Positions 36,201 through 45,184 of a stretch of 64,000 nucleotides of DNA are shown here, one piece after another. Numbering within the stretch: position 1 is the stretch's first letter; the number at the start of each line of letters is the position of its first letter. A program made the translations under genes and the position numbers. Source of the stretch: Bdellovibrionales bacterium (GTDB lineage Bacteria; Pseudomonadota; Alphaproteobacteria; JAIXQD01); NCBI GenBank assembly GCA_050248995.1, contig JBFWRI010000008.1, forward strand, positions 3,214-67,213, read 5' to 3'. The notes under the pieces were generated by a model. It saw only the letters and a list, made by a program, of their open reading frames with translations. It was not told the origin of the DNA and did no database searches.

Positions 36201-38084
36201 TTATTGGCAGGCCAGACATTCCTCGTATTTATTTTCTTCTTCTTTGGCCGCTGCGCCGCCCAGTTCCTGCAGGGGCAGGTACGGCTCTTTTTGTTTTTCT
36301 TCAACGGCACGCTTGCCGGCGTCTTTCACCAGATCGCTGGTGAAGCTGCTTTCAGCGCGTTGCAGCGACTTCGAGCGGCAGTAATACATCGTCTTCACGC
36401 CGCGCTGCCACGCCATCATGTGGATCTGGTGCAGGTCCTTCTTATGCACGTCGGCCGGCAGGAACACGTTGAGCGACTGCGCCTGGCAAATGTACGGCGT
36501 GCGGTCGGCGGCCAGTTCGATGATCCAGCGCTGGTCGAGTTCGAACGCGGTCTTGAACACCATCTTTTCCTGATCGGTCAGGAAGTCGAGGTGCTGGACC
36601 GAGCCGCCCTTCAGCGTGATCGAGCTCCATGTGTCGTCATCGTTCTTGCCATGCGCTTCAAGGATCTGCATCAGCCACTTGTTGCGGACCGGGAAGCTGC
36701 CCGACAACGTTTTGTGCGTATAGCTGTTGGTGACCATTGGCTCGATGCCCGGGCTTGAACCGCCGCAGATGATGCTGATGCTTGCCGTTGGTGCAACCGC
36801 CAGCTTGTTCGAGAAGCGCTCGTTGATCCCGTAGTCGGCAGCATCGGGGCAAGCGCCGCGTTCGGCGGCCAACTTTTGCGACGCGGCGTCGGCCTGGCGC
36901 TTGATCTGCGAGAACATCTTGGTGTTCCAGACCTTGGCCATAACCGATTCCATCGCCACGTTCTGCGACTGCAGGAACGAGTGGAAGCCCATGACGCCCA
37001 GACCCACCGAACGTTCACGCATGGCTGAGTACGCCGCATTGCTGTGGCCGCCTGATATCTGCATCGATTGTTCGATAAAGCTTTGCAGCACGTTATCAAG
37101 GAAGCGCAGGCAGTCTTCCACCAGTGTCGGGTGGTTCTGCCATTCAAGGTAGGTTTCAAGGTTGAGCGAGCTAAGGCAGCACACAGCCGTGCGGTTCTTG
37201 CCGAAGCGGTCGATACCGGTTGGTAGCGTGATTTCGCTGCACAGGTTGCTGGTTTTGACCGTCAGGCCGGCCAGTTTCTGGTGTTCGGGAATCGCGCGGT
37301 TCACATGATCGCTGAAGATCAGGTACGGTTCGCCGGTTTCAACGCGCGCCGTCAGGATGCGGATCCACAGCTGGCGTGCGTTGATCTTGCGGATGATGTG
37401 GCCATCCTTCGGCGAGATCAGTGCCCACTCCTCGTCATTCTGCACAGCGCGCATGAACGCGTCGGGCACCAGAACGCCGTGGTGCAGGTTCAGCGTTTTG
37501 CGGTTGGTATCACCACCAGTGGGGCGGCGGATTTCGATGAACTCTTCAATTTCAGGGTGGTGCACATCAAGGTACACGGCAGCCGAACCACGACGCAGTG
37601 AACCTTGCGAGATCGCCAGCGTCTGGCTGTCCATCACCTTCATGAAAGGTACGACGCCGGATGTCTTGCCGACCTGGCCAATCTTTTCACCGATCGAGCG
37701 CAAGTTGCCCCAATAGGTGCCGATGCCGCCGCCGCGCGCTGCCAGCCACGCGTTTTCACTCCATATATTGACGATGCCCTCAAGGCTGTCGGGCACTTCG
37801 TTCAGGAAGCATGAAATGGGCAGGCCGCGATCGGTCCCGCCGTTCGACAGCACGGGGGTGGCCGGCATGAACCACAGGTTGCTTATATAGTCATACAGGC
37901 GCTGGGCATGGGCCGTATCGTCGGCATAGGCCATGGCGACGCGGGCGAACATGTCCTGCGGGTCTTCGCCGGGCAGCAGGTAGCGGTCGGCCAGGGTATC
38001 CATACCGAATTTGGTCAGTTTGGCATTCCGAGAGCGATCGACGACAACCTTGGCACCGTGTTGAACCTGTACGACATCAAGCAT
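36201..38084 (-). CDS. nrdA: class I ribonucleotide reductase, alpha subunit (no ATP-cone)
   Basis: PVLSNGGT ... ISCFL near the N-terminus leaves no room for an ATP-cone. Catalytic NLCSEI. C-terminal redox tail ECLACQ. 627 aa. Confidence 0.9.
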   Translation of the reverse strand: MLDVVQVQHGAKVVVDRSRNAKLTKFGMDTLADRYLLPGEDPQDMFARVAMAYADDTAHAQRLYDYISNLWFMPATPVLSNGGTDRGLPISCFLNEVPDSLEGIVNIWSENAWLAARGGGIGTYWGNLRSIGEKIGQVGKTSGVVPFMKVMDSQTLAISQGSLRRGSAAVYLDVHHPEIEEFIEIRRPTGGDTNRKTLNLHHGVLVPDAFMRAVQNDEEWALISPKDGHIIRKINARQLWIRILTARVETGEPYLIFSDHVNRAIPEHQKLAGLTVKTSNLCSEITLPTGIDRFGKNRTAVCCLSSLNLETYLEWQNHPTLVEDCLRFLDNVLQSFIEQSMQISGGHSNAAYSAMRERSVGLGVMGFHSFLQSQNVAMESVMAKVWNTKMFSQIKRQADAASQKLAAERGACPDAADYGINERFSNKLAVAPTASISIICGGSSPGIEPMVTNSYTHKTLSGSFPVRNKWLMQILEAHGKNDDDTWSSITLKGGSVQHLDFLTDQEKMVFKTAFELDQRWIIELAADRTPYICQAQSLNVFLPADVHKKDLHQIHMMAWQRGVKTMYYCRSKSLQRAESSFTSDLVKDAGKRAVEEKQKEPYLPLQELGGAAAKEEENKYEECLACQ

Positions 38085-38194
38085 TGGGTTTCTCCTCTCA
38101 TCTTAAGTAGTTCTTCCCACCCCTGAGAAAAACCGAAAAATTTACCGCTCGGGGCCAACTCACCCCAAGGTTTAGTATCTAAAACAACCACCAT

Positions 38195-38210
38195 ATACCA
38201 TATATGGTGG
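38195..38210. promoter_or_regulatory. NrdR-box-like palindrome in the nrdA leader
   Basis: ATACCATATATGGTGG, with perfect inner palindrome CCATATATGG, about 110 nt upstream of the nrdA ATG. Confidence 0.45.
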
Positions 38211-38414
38211 GTAGTGTATGGAAGCGTCATCAGACTCAGTTGTGGTGAATCCAGTGACAATATTTAGGCTATCATAAAACTGTGACCTGTCACGCCTCAA
38301 AGAAGCCATTTTTGAGCCCGTAAACATTAACGTTTTTTGATGTTAACCGAAAAATTCAGGAAAACCGGGACAATTTCGTTTTCGTGGTCTGCGTAATTTT
38401 ATTGCTTATATACT

Positions 38415-38462
38415 TGGCAACATATAGTGCGGTTTCTTGAAGATGCACACTATATGTAGTAA
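38415..38462. promoter_or_regulatory. tandem NrdR boxes
   Basis: tggcaacatatagtgc and ACACTATATGTAGTAA (13/16 to acaCwAtATaTwgtGt as I recall it). Centres are about 32 bp apart, the usual NrdR phasing. Confidence 0.55.
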
Positions 38463-38543
38463 CTGTAGGGATATAGTCCGCCCTGCTGCCCATCGGCCTT
38501 TTGCAGGGCGCAGAATTGCTAGCACGATAGGAATTTAGTCAAG

Positions 38544-38564
38544 TTATCCACAACCTGTGGATGT
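38544..38564. promoter_or_regulatory. inverted pair of DnaA boxes
   Basis: Perfect TTATCCACA at 38544-38552 and TGTGGATgt at 38556-38564, in the nrdA / SBP divergent intergenic region. Confidence 0.6.
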
Positions 38565-38690
38565 GTAGGCAGACAACCGGAGCGGGGCACAGGCTGATTC
38601 TGGTCATGAATCAGGGGGCGGGTGAGTCGCCAGCGTCTGGCGAGCACGCTGTGCCGTGCTAAGGTGCGCGCAGTTATAAAGGAGACCCCG

Positions 38691-39539
38691 ATGAAAAAGC
38701 TTTTCCTTCTTGCAGCACTTCTTTTGTTGGCTGCCTGTGATCAGCAGGGCAGCAATGCATCATCGGCCCCGCAGGCTGATGAGGTTTACCACCGTGTGAT
38801 GAAATCAGGCGTTCTGCGCTGCGGGTATTCGGTATGGCCACCGTTATTCAAGGTTGATCCGAACACAGGCGAGAAGGGCGGCATCGTCGGCGATATGATG
38901 GTCGAGCTGGCGAAGCGCTATGGCCTGAAGATCGAATGGGTAGAAGAGCTGGGCTGGGGCACCGTTACCGAAGCGCTGGAGCAAAAGCGCGTGGACGCAG
39001 CCTGCGCGGGGTATTGGGCCAACACCAGCCGCAGCAAGTATGTATACTTCACCGTGCCGCTGTTCTATTCACCGACCTTCGTGTGGATGCGCGGCGACGA
39101 TACGCGCAACCCAGAAACTATCGACACGCTGGATGACCCGGCATGGACAGCGGGCCATGTGGATGGCTCGGCCGAAGGCAAGGCTATTGCCATACGCTTC
39201 CCCAAGGCCAAAACCTTCACCATTCCCGAGCTGATGCCCTCATCCGACCTGTTCGAGGCCCTGAAGGCCGGCAAGCTGGATTTCGTGGTGATGGACTATG
39301 CCAGTGTTGCCGACTTCCTGAACAAGAACCCGGGCGCGCTGAAAATGATGTTCCCCAATGACCCGGTCAGCATCCTGCCCGACGTGATGATGGTGCCGGG
39401 CGGCGAAAACCGCCTGAAGTCGCTGTTCGACAACGCCATCCGGGAAATGCAGTACGACGGCACGGTTGACCGTATTCTGGAAAAGAACGGCGCTGCCGGG
39501 ATGTACCCGAAGTCACTCAGCAAGTTCGATAAGGAATAA
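38691..39539 (+). CDS. family-3 solute-binding lipoprotein, orphan paralogue 2
   Basis: ATG 38691 preceded by AAGGAG; lipobox LLLAAC; VLRCGY ... GLKIEW ... VDAACAG pattern. Confidence 0.8.
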   Translation: MKKLFLLAALLLLAACDQQGSNASSAPQADEVYHRVMKSGVLRCGYSVWPPLFKVDPNTGEKGGIVGDMMVELAKRYGLKIEWVEELGWGTVTEALEQKRVDAACAGYWANTSRSKYVYFTVPLFYSPTFVWMRGDDTRNPETIDTLDDPAWTAGHVDGSAEGKAIAIRFPKAKTFTIPELMPSSDLFEALKAGKLDFVVMDYASVADFLNKNPGALKMMFPNDPVSILPDVMMVPGGENRLKSLFDNAIREMQYDGTVDRILEKNGAAGMYPKSLSKFDKE

Positions 39540-39545
39540 GAAGTA

Positions 39546-39839
39546 TTACTTCTTCTGCCGGGCTTCCATGCGCGGGATTTCGTAATCGTGCGCGGCGTCG
39601 ATGATTGCTTCCCAGATGCGGCGCACCATGTCTTCGGGCAGGCCATGCAGTGCGCCGGTTAGCACGTTACGGTCAATCACTTCAGCGACGCGTGCCGGGT
39701 CGGGCGAGGGCAGGCCGTTGGCGACCTTCACATTCACAACTTCGGCCAGCAGGGCATAGCGCTTGCCTAATAGGGCAAGGACAGCGTCGTCCAGTGCGTT
39801 GATCTGCTGACGCAGGTCGTGCAGCGGGTGCAGAGGCAT
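39546..39839 (-). CDS. chorismate mutase (AroQ type, 97 aa)
   Basis: LRQQINALDDAVLALLGKRYALLAEV pattern and size. Confidence 0.75.
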   Translation of the reverse strand: MPLHPLHDLRQQINALDDAVLALLGKRYALLAEVVNVKVANGLPSPDPARVAEVIDRNVLTGALHGLPEDMVRRIWEAIIDAAHDYEIPRMEARQKK

Positions 39840-39853
39840 GGGAGCGTGAAAAC

Positions 39854-40501
39854 CTAGGCGCGGGCGGTGCGACGAACGCGCATACCGGTTTCGGTAACGC
39901 CATTATCCACCATCATGACCGGACGAACGTCGCCGTTGGCGCCCTGCATGGCCCCGGGCACCAGTTCAAGGCCTAGGAAACGCTCGGGTTCGACGGGGGT
40001 TGCCAGCAGTACGCCTTGTGTCAGGTGGCGTGTGAAGCCAAAGCGGCCGTAGTACGGACCATCGCCAACCAGCAGCACAATCTTGTGACCCAGATCACGC
40101 GCGCGGCCGAGACCAAGGTTGATCATCTGTGCGCCAAGACCGCGCGAATGGAATCCGGGAGCCCCGGCACTCGGGCCGAGCAGCAGTGCCGGCGTTACCG
40201 GACCGATCATCACCGGCCAGAAACGCAGCGTGCCGACGACTTCGCCGTAATCTTCGGCAATCAGGCACAGGTCGGCAACCGGCATGGTGCTGTCGCGCAG
40301 ATAGCTGACGGGACTGGAAGGATGGGCGGCGCCGAAGCTTTTGACATAAAGCTTTTCAATGCCGGGAATGTCGGCGGCGTTTTCAACACGGATGTTGGTG
40401 TTCGAGAGATTGGTGGGAGAAACAGAAGAAGGTGTCAGTTTGATAATCGGGCTAAGGCTGCCTTTGGTCGAGGGCGATGTGCCTTTGGGCGGTAGCGACA
40501 T
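39854..40501 (-). CDS. GNAT-family N-acetyltransferase
   Basis: VGTLRFWPV ... HSRGLGAQMINLGLGRA ... YYGRFGF matches the acetyl-CoA binding core of YhbS-like GNATs; Ser/Pro-rich N-terminal extension. Confidence 0.7.
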   Translation of the reverse strand: MSLPPKGTSPSTKGSLSPIIKLTPSSVSPTNLSNTNIRVENAADIPGIEKLYVKSFGAAHPSSPVSYLRDSTMPVADLCLIAEDYGEVVGTLRFWPVMIGPVTPALLLGPSAGAPGFHSRGLGAQMINLGLGRARDLGHKIVLLVGDGPYYGRFGFTRHLTQGVLLATPVEPERFLGLELVPGAMQGANGDVRPVMMVDNGVTETGMRVRRTARA

Positions 40502-40568
40502 GAGGGGCGACTCCTGAAGGGGCTGCGCGGGAACTGCGCGTGTCTCGAATGACGAAAAGAGCTAACAT

Positions 40569-40720
40569 GATTCGAATCCCGATTAAAGAAAACAGTCGTA
40601 GAATCAGTCACGCGCGATGGTTGTTGTGGATAAAAAGCAACGCATGGTTTCATCGGATTGACGCGGATAACTGCGGTGTATGTGGACACTCTGTGCATAA
40701 CTAGGAAGCAATCTATCCAC
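40569..40720. promoter_or_regulatory. cluster of DnaA-box-like and GANTC motifs
   Basis: Perfect TGTGGATAA at 40625-40633. Near matches TGTGGACAC (40680-40688) and CTATCCACC (40712-40720). GANTC at 40569, 40574 and 40601, plus 40757 just outside. Confidence 0.4.
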
Positions 40721-40824
40721 CACAATTTTCAAAAAGTCCCCAACCAAAGGCCCTACGAATCATTGGCAGCAGGGGCAAATCAGCCAAGAAATTACTTTCA
40801 GAAATTTGGTGTATAACAAGGGTC

Positions 40825-41226
40825 ATGGAAACAATGTTTACAAAAACCACGCGCGACATCACGGTGACGGTCGAGCCGACGTATCTGGAACTGCAGTCGG
40901 ATCCGGATGCGCAGAAGTTTGTGTGGGCGTATCATATCCGCATCGAAAACCGCGGCGACACACGCGTGACTTTACAAACACGCCGCTGGCAGGTGACCGA
41001 TGCATTCGGCCGTGCACAAACCGTTCAGGGTGTCGGCGTTGTTGGCCAGCAACCTGTTCTGGAGCCTGGCGATCATTTTGAATACACAAGCGGTACGCCG
41101 CTTGATACGCCGTCAGGTATCATGGTCGGCAGCTACACGATGCAGAATGCCGCAGGTGACATGTTCGAGGTTGCCGTGCCGGCATTCTCGCTGGACTGTC
41201 CGCATGAACGCAAAACACTTCACTAA
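40825..41226 (+). CDS. apaG: ApaG (DUF525) protein
   Basis: FVWAYHIRIEN-G ... LQTRRWQVTDAFGR ... V-G-GVVGQQPVL-PG--F-YTSG is the ApaG signature. Confidence 0.88.
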   Translation: METMFTKTTRDITVTVEPTYLELQSDPDAQKFVWAYHIRIENRGDTRVTLQTRRWQVTDAFGRAQTVQGVGVVGQQPVLEPGDHFEYTSGTPLDTPSGIMVGSYTMQNAAGDMFEVAVPAFSLDCPHERKTLH

Positions 41227-41334
41227 AACATAACGGTACAGTCGAAGCGTATCGATTCCGCGATAGTCGCGCAGGATTTTTCGTAACCAATTGTTAGGCC
41301 TCTTAACCTAAAATTAGGCATAAGGGGATTTGCC

Positions 41335-41946
41335 ATGACGGCAGAAGAAACACCTGTTTCTGAAGAAGTTTCTGAAGCGCCGGCTGCAGCCAGGCGCCGC
41401 ATTCACCTGACTCCCAGGCAGGGTATATATATAGCATTGGCGATTGTCCTTTCGGTTGCCGGGGGCGGTGCCCTGCCGCAGGGTCACAGTTACAGAATTA
41501 CCGGGGAGCCACCATCGGTCGCAGACCCCGCACTGGCCTCAGGCTGGCAGCCGCTGGGTGCTTATGTGCTGGAGCGCGGCCTGACGCGCGCCATGACGCT
41601 GGATGAACGCCTGCAGCATGAAGCCGAGCAGCGCAAGCTGCTGAACCCGGTGGACGAGCCGGAACAGAAACTGAATGTTCGCATTCCTTTGCTGCCAGGC
41701 CCCGTGCAGCGCGCCGACAGCCAGCCCGTTATTCCGCCGACGATCGAGTCGACTGCTGCACAGTTGGCGCCGCCGCCGGCCGTGGTTGAACAGGTGAAAG
41801 CCGAACCGCAACCCGCACCGACCAAGGCCGACCCACTGGCCGAGAATCTGGAGACGCTGAAAGCGCTGCAGGACGCACTGGAGCAGATGAACGCCGAGCG
41901 GAATGCAGAAATAAGCACCTACCGCAATGACCAGGTCGATCAGTAA
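41335..41946 (+). CDS. hypothetical single-pass membrane protein, Pro-rich (203 aa)
   Basis: One TM helix IYIALAIVLSVAGGGAL; AAGGGGA upstream of the ATG; no family recognised. Confidence 0.5.
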   Translation: MTAEETPVSEEVSEAPAAARRRIHLTPRQGIYIALAIVLSVAGGGALPQGHSYRITGEPPSVADPALASGWQPLGAYVLERGLTRAMTLDERLQHEAEQRKLLNPVDEPEQKLNVRIPLLPGPVQRADSQPVIPPTIESTAAQLAPPPAVVEQVKAEPQPAPTKADPLAENLETLKALQDALEQMNAERNAEISTYRNDQVDQ

Positions 41947-41981
41947 CTGTCGTTAAAACAGCGTCACTGCATACCAGCTAA

Positions 41982-42845
41982 TTATCTTTGAAAACTGGGT
42001 GCGCGGCGCCAGAACGTATGCGGCGCCGGTTCGTACTTGGCGATGATCGCATCGATACGGCCATTGTTGTGCATCACTTCCAGCATCATGTTGACCATGC
42101 TGAGCAGGTTATGATCGCCCTTGCGGACTTCGAACACATTGGGGTTGATCTGTAACGGGTTGTCCGGCGTGATATTCTTGATGGTGCCAGGGTTGGCCAC
42201 GCTGTACTGGGCGCCGAAGTAGGCTTCGACAAAACCGATATCGGCCTTTTTCTCGGCGACACTCAGCAGGTTGGCGGCATAGGCGGCCATTTCCGGCAGC
42301 GAGTAGATTTTAGCATTCGGGAAGCGCTTGGCCGCGATAATGCTGGGCGCACTGCCGTCGGTGGCCGCAATCGTCACATCAGGGCTGTTGACGTTTGCCA
42401 GCGTACTGTCAAAACGGCTATCATCGGCGCGCACCCATGCGCTGACAGCTGAATAATAGACAGGAACGGTCGCCATCAGGCGAGTCATTTCCGGCACCTG
42501 AATGGCCCATGCGGCACCGCAGAACATATCGAACTTGCCGTCGGTCAAGTCTGAGATATAAGTGGCCCAGCCGCCGGCCTGTACCCACTCGATTTTCAGG
42601 CCCAGTTCTTTGCCTATTTCTTCGGCCACCTCGTACAGGATGCCCTTCATCTCATTGGTCTTGGCATCGCGGAAGTTGGCGGGCTCGTAATCGACAAAGC
42701 CACAGCGAAGCGTCTTGGTTTCCAGCACGCGGGCCAGCGTATCCTGCGCTGTGGCAGAGGCCTTTTCACCGCGCTGGCCGACATACCATGCGGTGCCGGC
42801 GCTGATCACAATGATAAGGACAAGTGAAAGAAGACGTTTAAACAT
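41982..42845 (-). CDS. family-3 solute-binding protein, orphan paralogue 3
   Basis: TLRCGF ... GLKIEWVQ ... FDMFCG pattern; N-terminal anchor. Confidence 0.8.
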   Translation of the reverse strand: MFKRLLSLVLIIVISAGTAWYVGQRGEKASATAQDTLARVLETKTLRCGFVDYEPANFRDAKTNEMKGILYEVAEEIGKELGLKIEWVQAGGWATYISDLTDGKFDMFCGAAWAIQVPEMTRLMATVPVYYSAVSAWVRADDSRFDSTLANVNSPDVTIAATDGSAPSIIAAKRFPNAKIYSLPEMAAYAANLLSVAEKKADIGFVEAYFGAQYSVANPGTIKNITPDNPLQINPNVFEVRKGDHNLLSMVNMMLEVMHNNGRIDAIIAKYEPAPHTFWRRAPSFQR

Positions 42846-42910
42846 GGAAAAGGGCCCCGAATATTATTCGAGGCCCATATTGCCATACCAGTCCCAAACC
42901 ACCAGTACCG

Positions 42911-43246
42911 TTAGACGGTTGCCGGCTTTTCCTCGTCAGGCTTGTCGACAGGCGCACCCTGCGCTGTCAGACCAGCGCGCAGATAGGCCAGTGCAGCTTG
43001 CGAAGGGACCTGTTGGGAAACTTCGCCGTTGCTGCCAACGAATTCTGTAACCACCGCACCGGCCAGACTATCCTGGACAATGCGTGGGCTAATCGGCTGC
43101 GGCACATCACCTGGCTTTTGCAGAACCGTTTCAGGAGCTGCCTGAACCGGTGCCGGTGCGGGACGAGCCACGGCGCGCGAAGCAGCAGCATCGCTTACTT
43201 TTGCATCGCCGACGCTTGTAACTGCGCTAAGCATAATCGCCTCCAT
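42911..43246 (-). CDS. FlaG-like flagellar protein (tentative)
   Basis: Size, divergent position from flagellin, and C-terminal GAVVTEFVGSNGEVSQQVPSQAALAYL resembling the FlaG core. Confidence 0.4.
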   Translation of the reverse strand: MEAIMLSAVTSVGDAKVSDAAASRAVARPAPAPVQAAPETVLQKPGDVPQPISPRIVQDSLAGAVVTEFVGSNGEVSQQVPSQAALAYLRAGLTAQGAPVDKPDEEKPATV

Positions 43247-43502
43247 TTGCGTGCCATGGCACGCGACCCTTATTTATAATGTACTCGAAATAGTCGCACG
43301 AAACAAGTAAAAACGCCTTTAAATCAGCATCTTCGTGCACGTTCTCGAATACACTTACCTAAACCCAACATGATATATGCAAACGCCAAGCCAATTTCGA
43401 ATCTGGGGGAAAAATAATCACCACAACGAAGACAACGAAAACAAAAGCATAGGTTTTTGTTTTAATAACTTAGTAACACTTCGACGCATGCTGCAGGAAT
43501 AA

Positions 43503-43575
43503 TTTGCCGATTTTCGATCTGCTAGGAAATTTTTGCCGGCATTTTTTGCCGGTTAGGGCATTTACAACCGGCAAA
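43503..43575. repeat. four copies of TTTGCCGG (three direct, one inverted) upstream of flagellin
   Basis: TTTGCCG 43503; TTTGCCGG 43532 and 43545; CCGGCAAA 43568. Confidence 0.5.
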
Positions 43576-43784
43576 TGTTAACATGAACTATGGTGCATGC
43601 CCGTATGTGTTTGAGATGTTTTACTGTTCTTAAAAAGCCAAATTAACCAGCATGTTGGCACGTTTATCGCAAATCATTCGCGCGTATCTACGGCATTCGT
43701 ATGTTTGCAGTGGGTCGGTTTGCCGGATGGTCTGGCAAATAAAAAGGCGGAAGGAGTCCGCTGCAACCGTAAGGAGTACACTCT

Positions 43785-44606
43785 ATGGCTACCAATTCAA
43801 TCTCGCTTTCGGCTTCAGCACGGGCGAACCTGCTGTCGTTGAAAGACACCACCGATGCGCTTGCCCGCACCCAGAATCGTCTGGCCACCGGTAAGCGGGT
43901 CAACACCGCTATTGATGGCGCTTCGGCGTTCTTCAGCAGCCAGGGCTTCTTGAACCGTGCGAACGACTTCGCATCGGTTAAGGAAAACCTTGGTACCGCG
44001 CTGCAGACACTGAACGCGGTGTCAAACGCGATCGACGCGATTACCGCCGTCGTTCAGCAGGCACAAGGTATCACGGTTTCGGCGCTGAACACGACCGATG
44101 CGGACGAACGTACAGCGTTCGCCTCGCAGTTCAACGCGCTGCTGACCCAGATCAACAGCCTTGTTGCCGACGCGACCTTCAACGGTGTGAACCTGTTGTC
44201 GAGCGGTAACTTGACCGTCAACTTCAACGAAAGCACGGCTATCGAACTGACAGTCGCCGCGGTCAACACCTATGTTGGCTCGGGCGGTCTGAACATCGTG
44301 GCAGCTGCTACGGGTTGGTCAGGTGACGCGCAGATTAACGCCTCGGTGACCGACCTTTCGGCCGCCCTGTCGACCCTGCGTACAACGGCCTCGGGCTTCG
44401 GTAACAACGCGACGCTTATCCAAACGCGTCAAGACTTTACCGATACCCTTATCAACACGCTTCAGGTTGCTTCGGATAACCTGGTGCTGGCCGACGAAAA
44501 CGAGGAAGGCGCGAACCTTCAAGCCCTGCAGGCCCGCCTGCAGCTTGGTGTCGTGTCTCTCGGCATCTCAGGCCAACAGCTGCAAGCTATCTTGCGTCTG
44601 TTCTAA
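43785..44606 (+). CDS. flagellin (short, 273 aa, Caulobacter-type)
   Basis: N-terminal NLLSLKDTTDALARTQNRLATGKRVN and C-terminal EEGANLQALQARLQLGV ... LRLF conserved flagellin helices. AAGGAG upstream. Confidence 0.92.
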   Translation: MATNSISLSASARANLLSLKDTTDALARTQNRLATGKRVNTAIDGASAFFSSQGFLNRANDFASVKENLGTALQTLNAVSNAIDAITAVVQQAQGITVSALNTTDADERTAFASQFNALLTQINSLVADATFNGVNLLSSGNLTVNFNESTAIELTVAAVNTYVGSGGLNIVAAATGWSGDAQINASVTDLSAALSTLRTTASGFGNNATLIQTRQDFTDTLINTLQVASDNLVLADENEEGANLQALQARLQLGVVSLGISGQQLQAILRLF

Positions 44607-44619
44607 TAAGGCTAAAAGG

Positions 44620-44650
44620 ATGGGCGGCCCTCGGGCCGCCCATTTCTTCT
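44620..44650 (+). terminator. rho-independent terminator after flagellin
   Basis: Stem ATGGGCGGCCC / GGGCCGCCCAT followed by a T-rich tail. Confidence 0.8.
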
Positions 44651-44740
44651 ATAGAGTTTGTTTAGGTAAGTACAGTAGAATCGAAGTTAGTTTAGTGATC
44701 GACAGTAAGTCGGTTGAATGCTGGAAGGAGTCTAGCGCAC

Positions 44741-45184
44741 ATGCCTCTCAAAATCCGTGTCAAACCCGAAGCCAAGATTTTCGCCGGCGGTGCCGTGCTG
44801 AAAAACGTGGGCACCCGCCCGGCCGACCTGCTGATCCTGTCCGACGGCCCTGTGCTGCGTGACAGCTATATGATGAACCCCGACCAGAAAGATGAAAGCG
44901 ACGCCGCCAGCGTCTATTTCCTGCTGCAGGTTCTGTATTGCTTTAAGGGCAAAGGCCAGAAGATCGACCACATGGTGATGGATACGCTGCGCAGTTTTGC
45001 GCGTCTGTACCCGGCCCTGGCGCCCCGCATCAACGATATCGCCGCGCTGCTGGAAGCCGGCGACAGTTTCAAGGCCCTGAAGCTGGCGCAAGGCCTGCTG
45101 GGAAGCCCTGAAAAGCCGGTTGATAGCGCCGTACCCTATGCGGCGCTGTTGGGAGCGGACGCACAGGTTGAGGGAGAGGTATAG
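44741..45184 (+). CDS. flbT: flagellar biosynthesis repressor FlbT
   Basis: MPLKIRVKPEAKIFAGGAVLKNVG matches the FlbT N-terminus. ATG 44741 preceded by GGAAGGAG. Confidence 0.8.
   Translation: MPLKIRVKPEAKIFAGGAVLKNVGTRPADLLILSDGPVLRDSYMMNPDQKDESDAASVYFLLQVLYCFKGKGQKIDHMVMDTLRSFARLYPALAPRINDIAALLEAGDSFKALKLAQGLLGSPEKPVDSAVPYAALLGADAQVEGEV

Noticed and set aside
38085-38415. A cobalamin riboswitch in the long nrdA leader
   Set aside because: I found no B12-box-like GCCACTG core on the minus strand and no obvious multi-stem GC-rich architecture. The region is AT-rich and carries NrdR-type palindromes instead.
40566-40582. tRNA T-loop-like string GATTCGAATCCCG
   Set aside because: The flanking sequence cannot form a T-stem, acceptor stem or anticodon arm. 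It is better explained as two adjacent GANTC sites.
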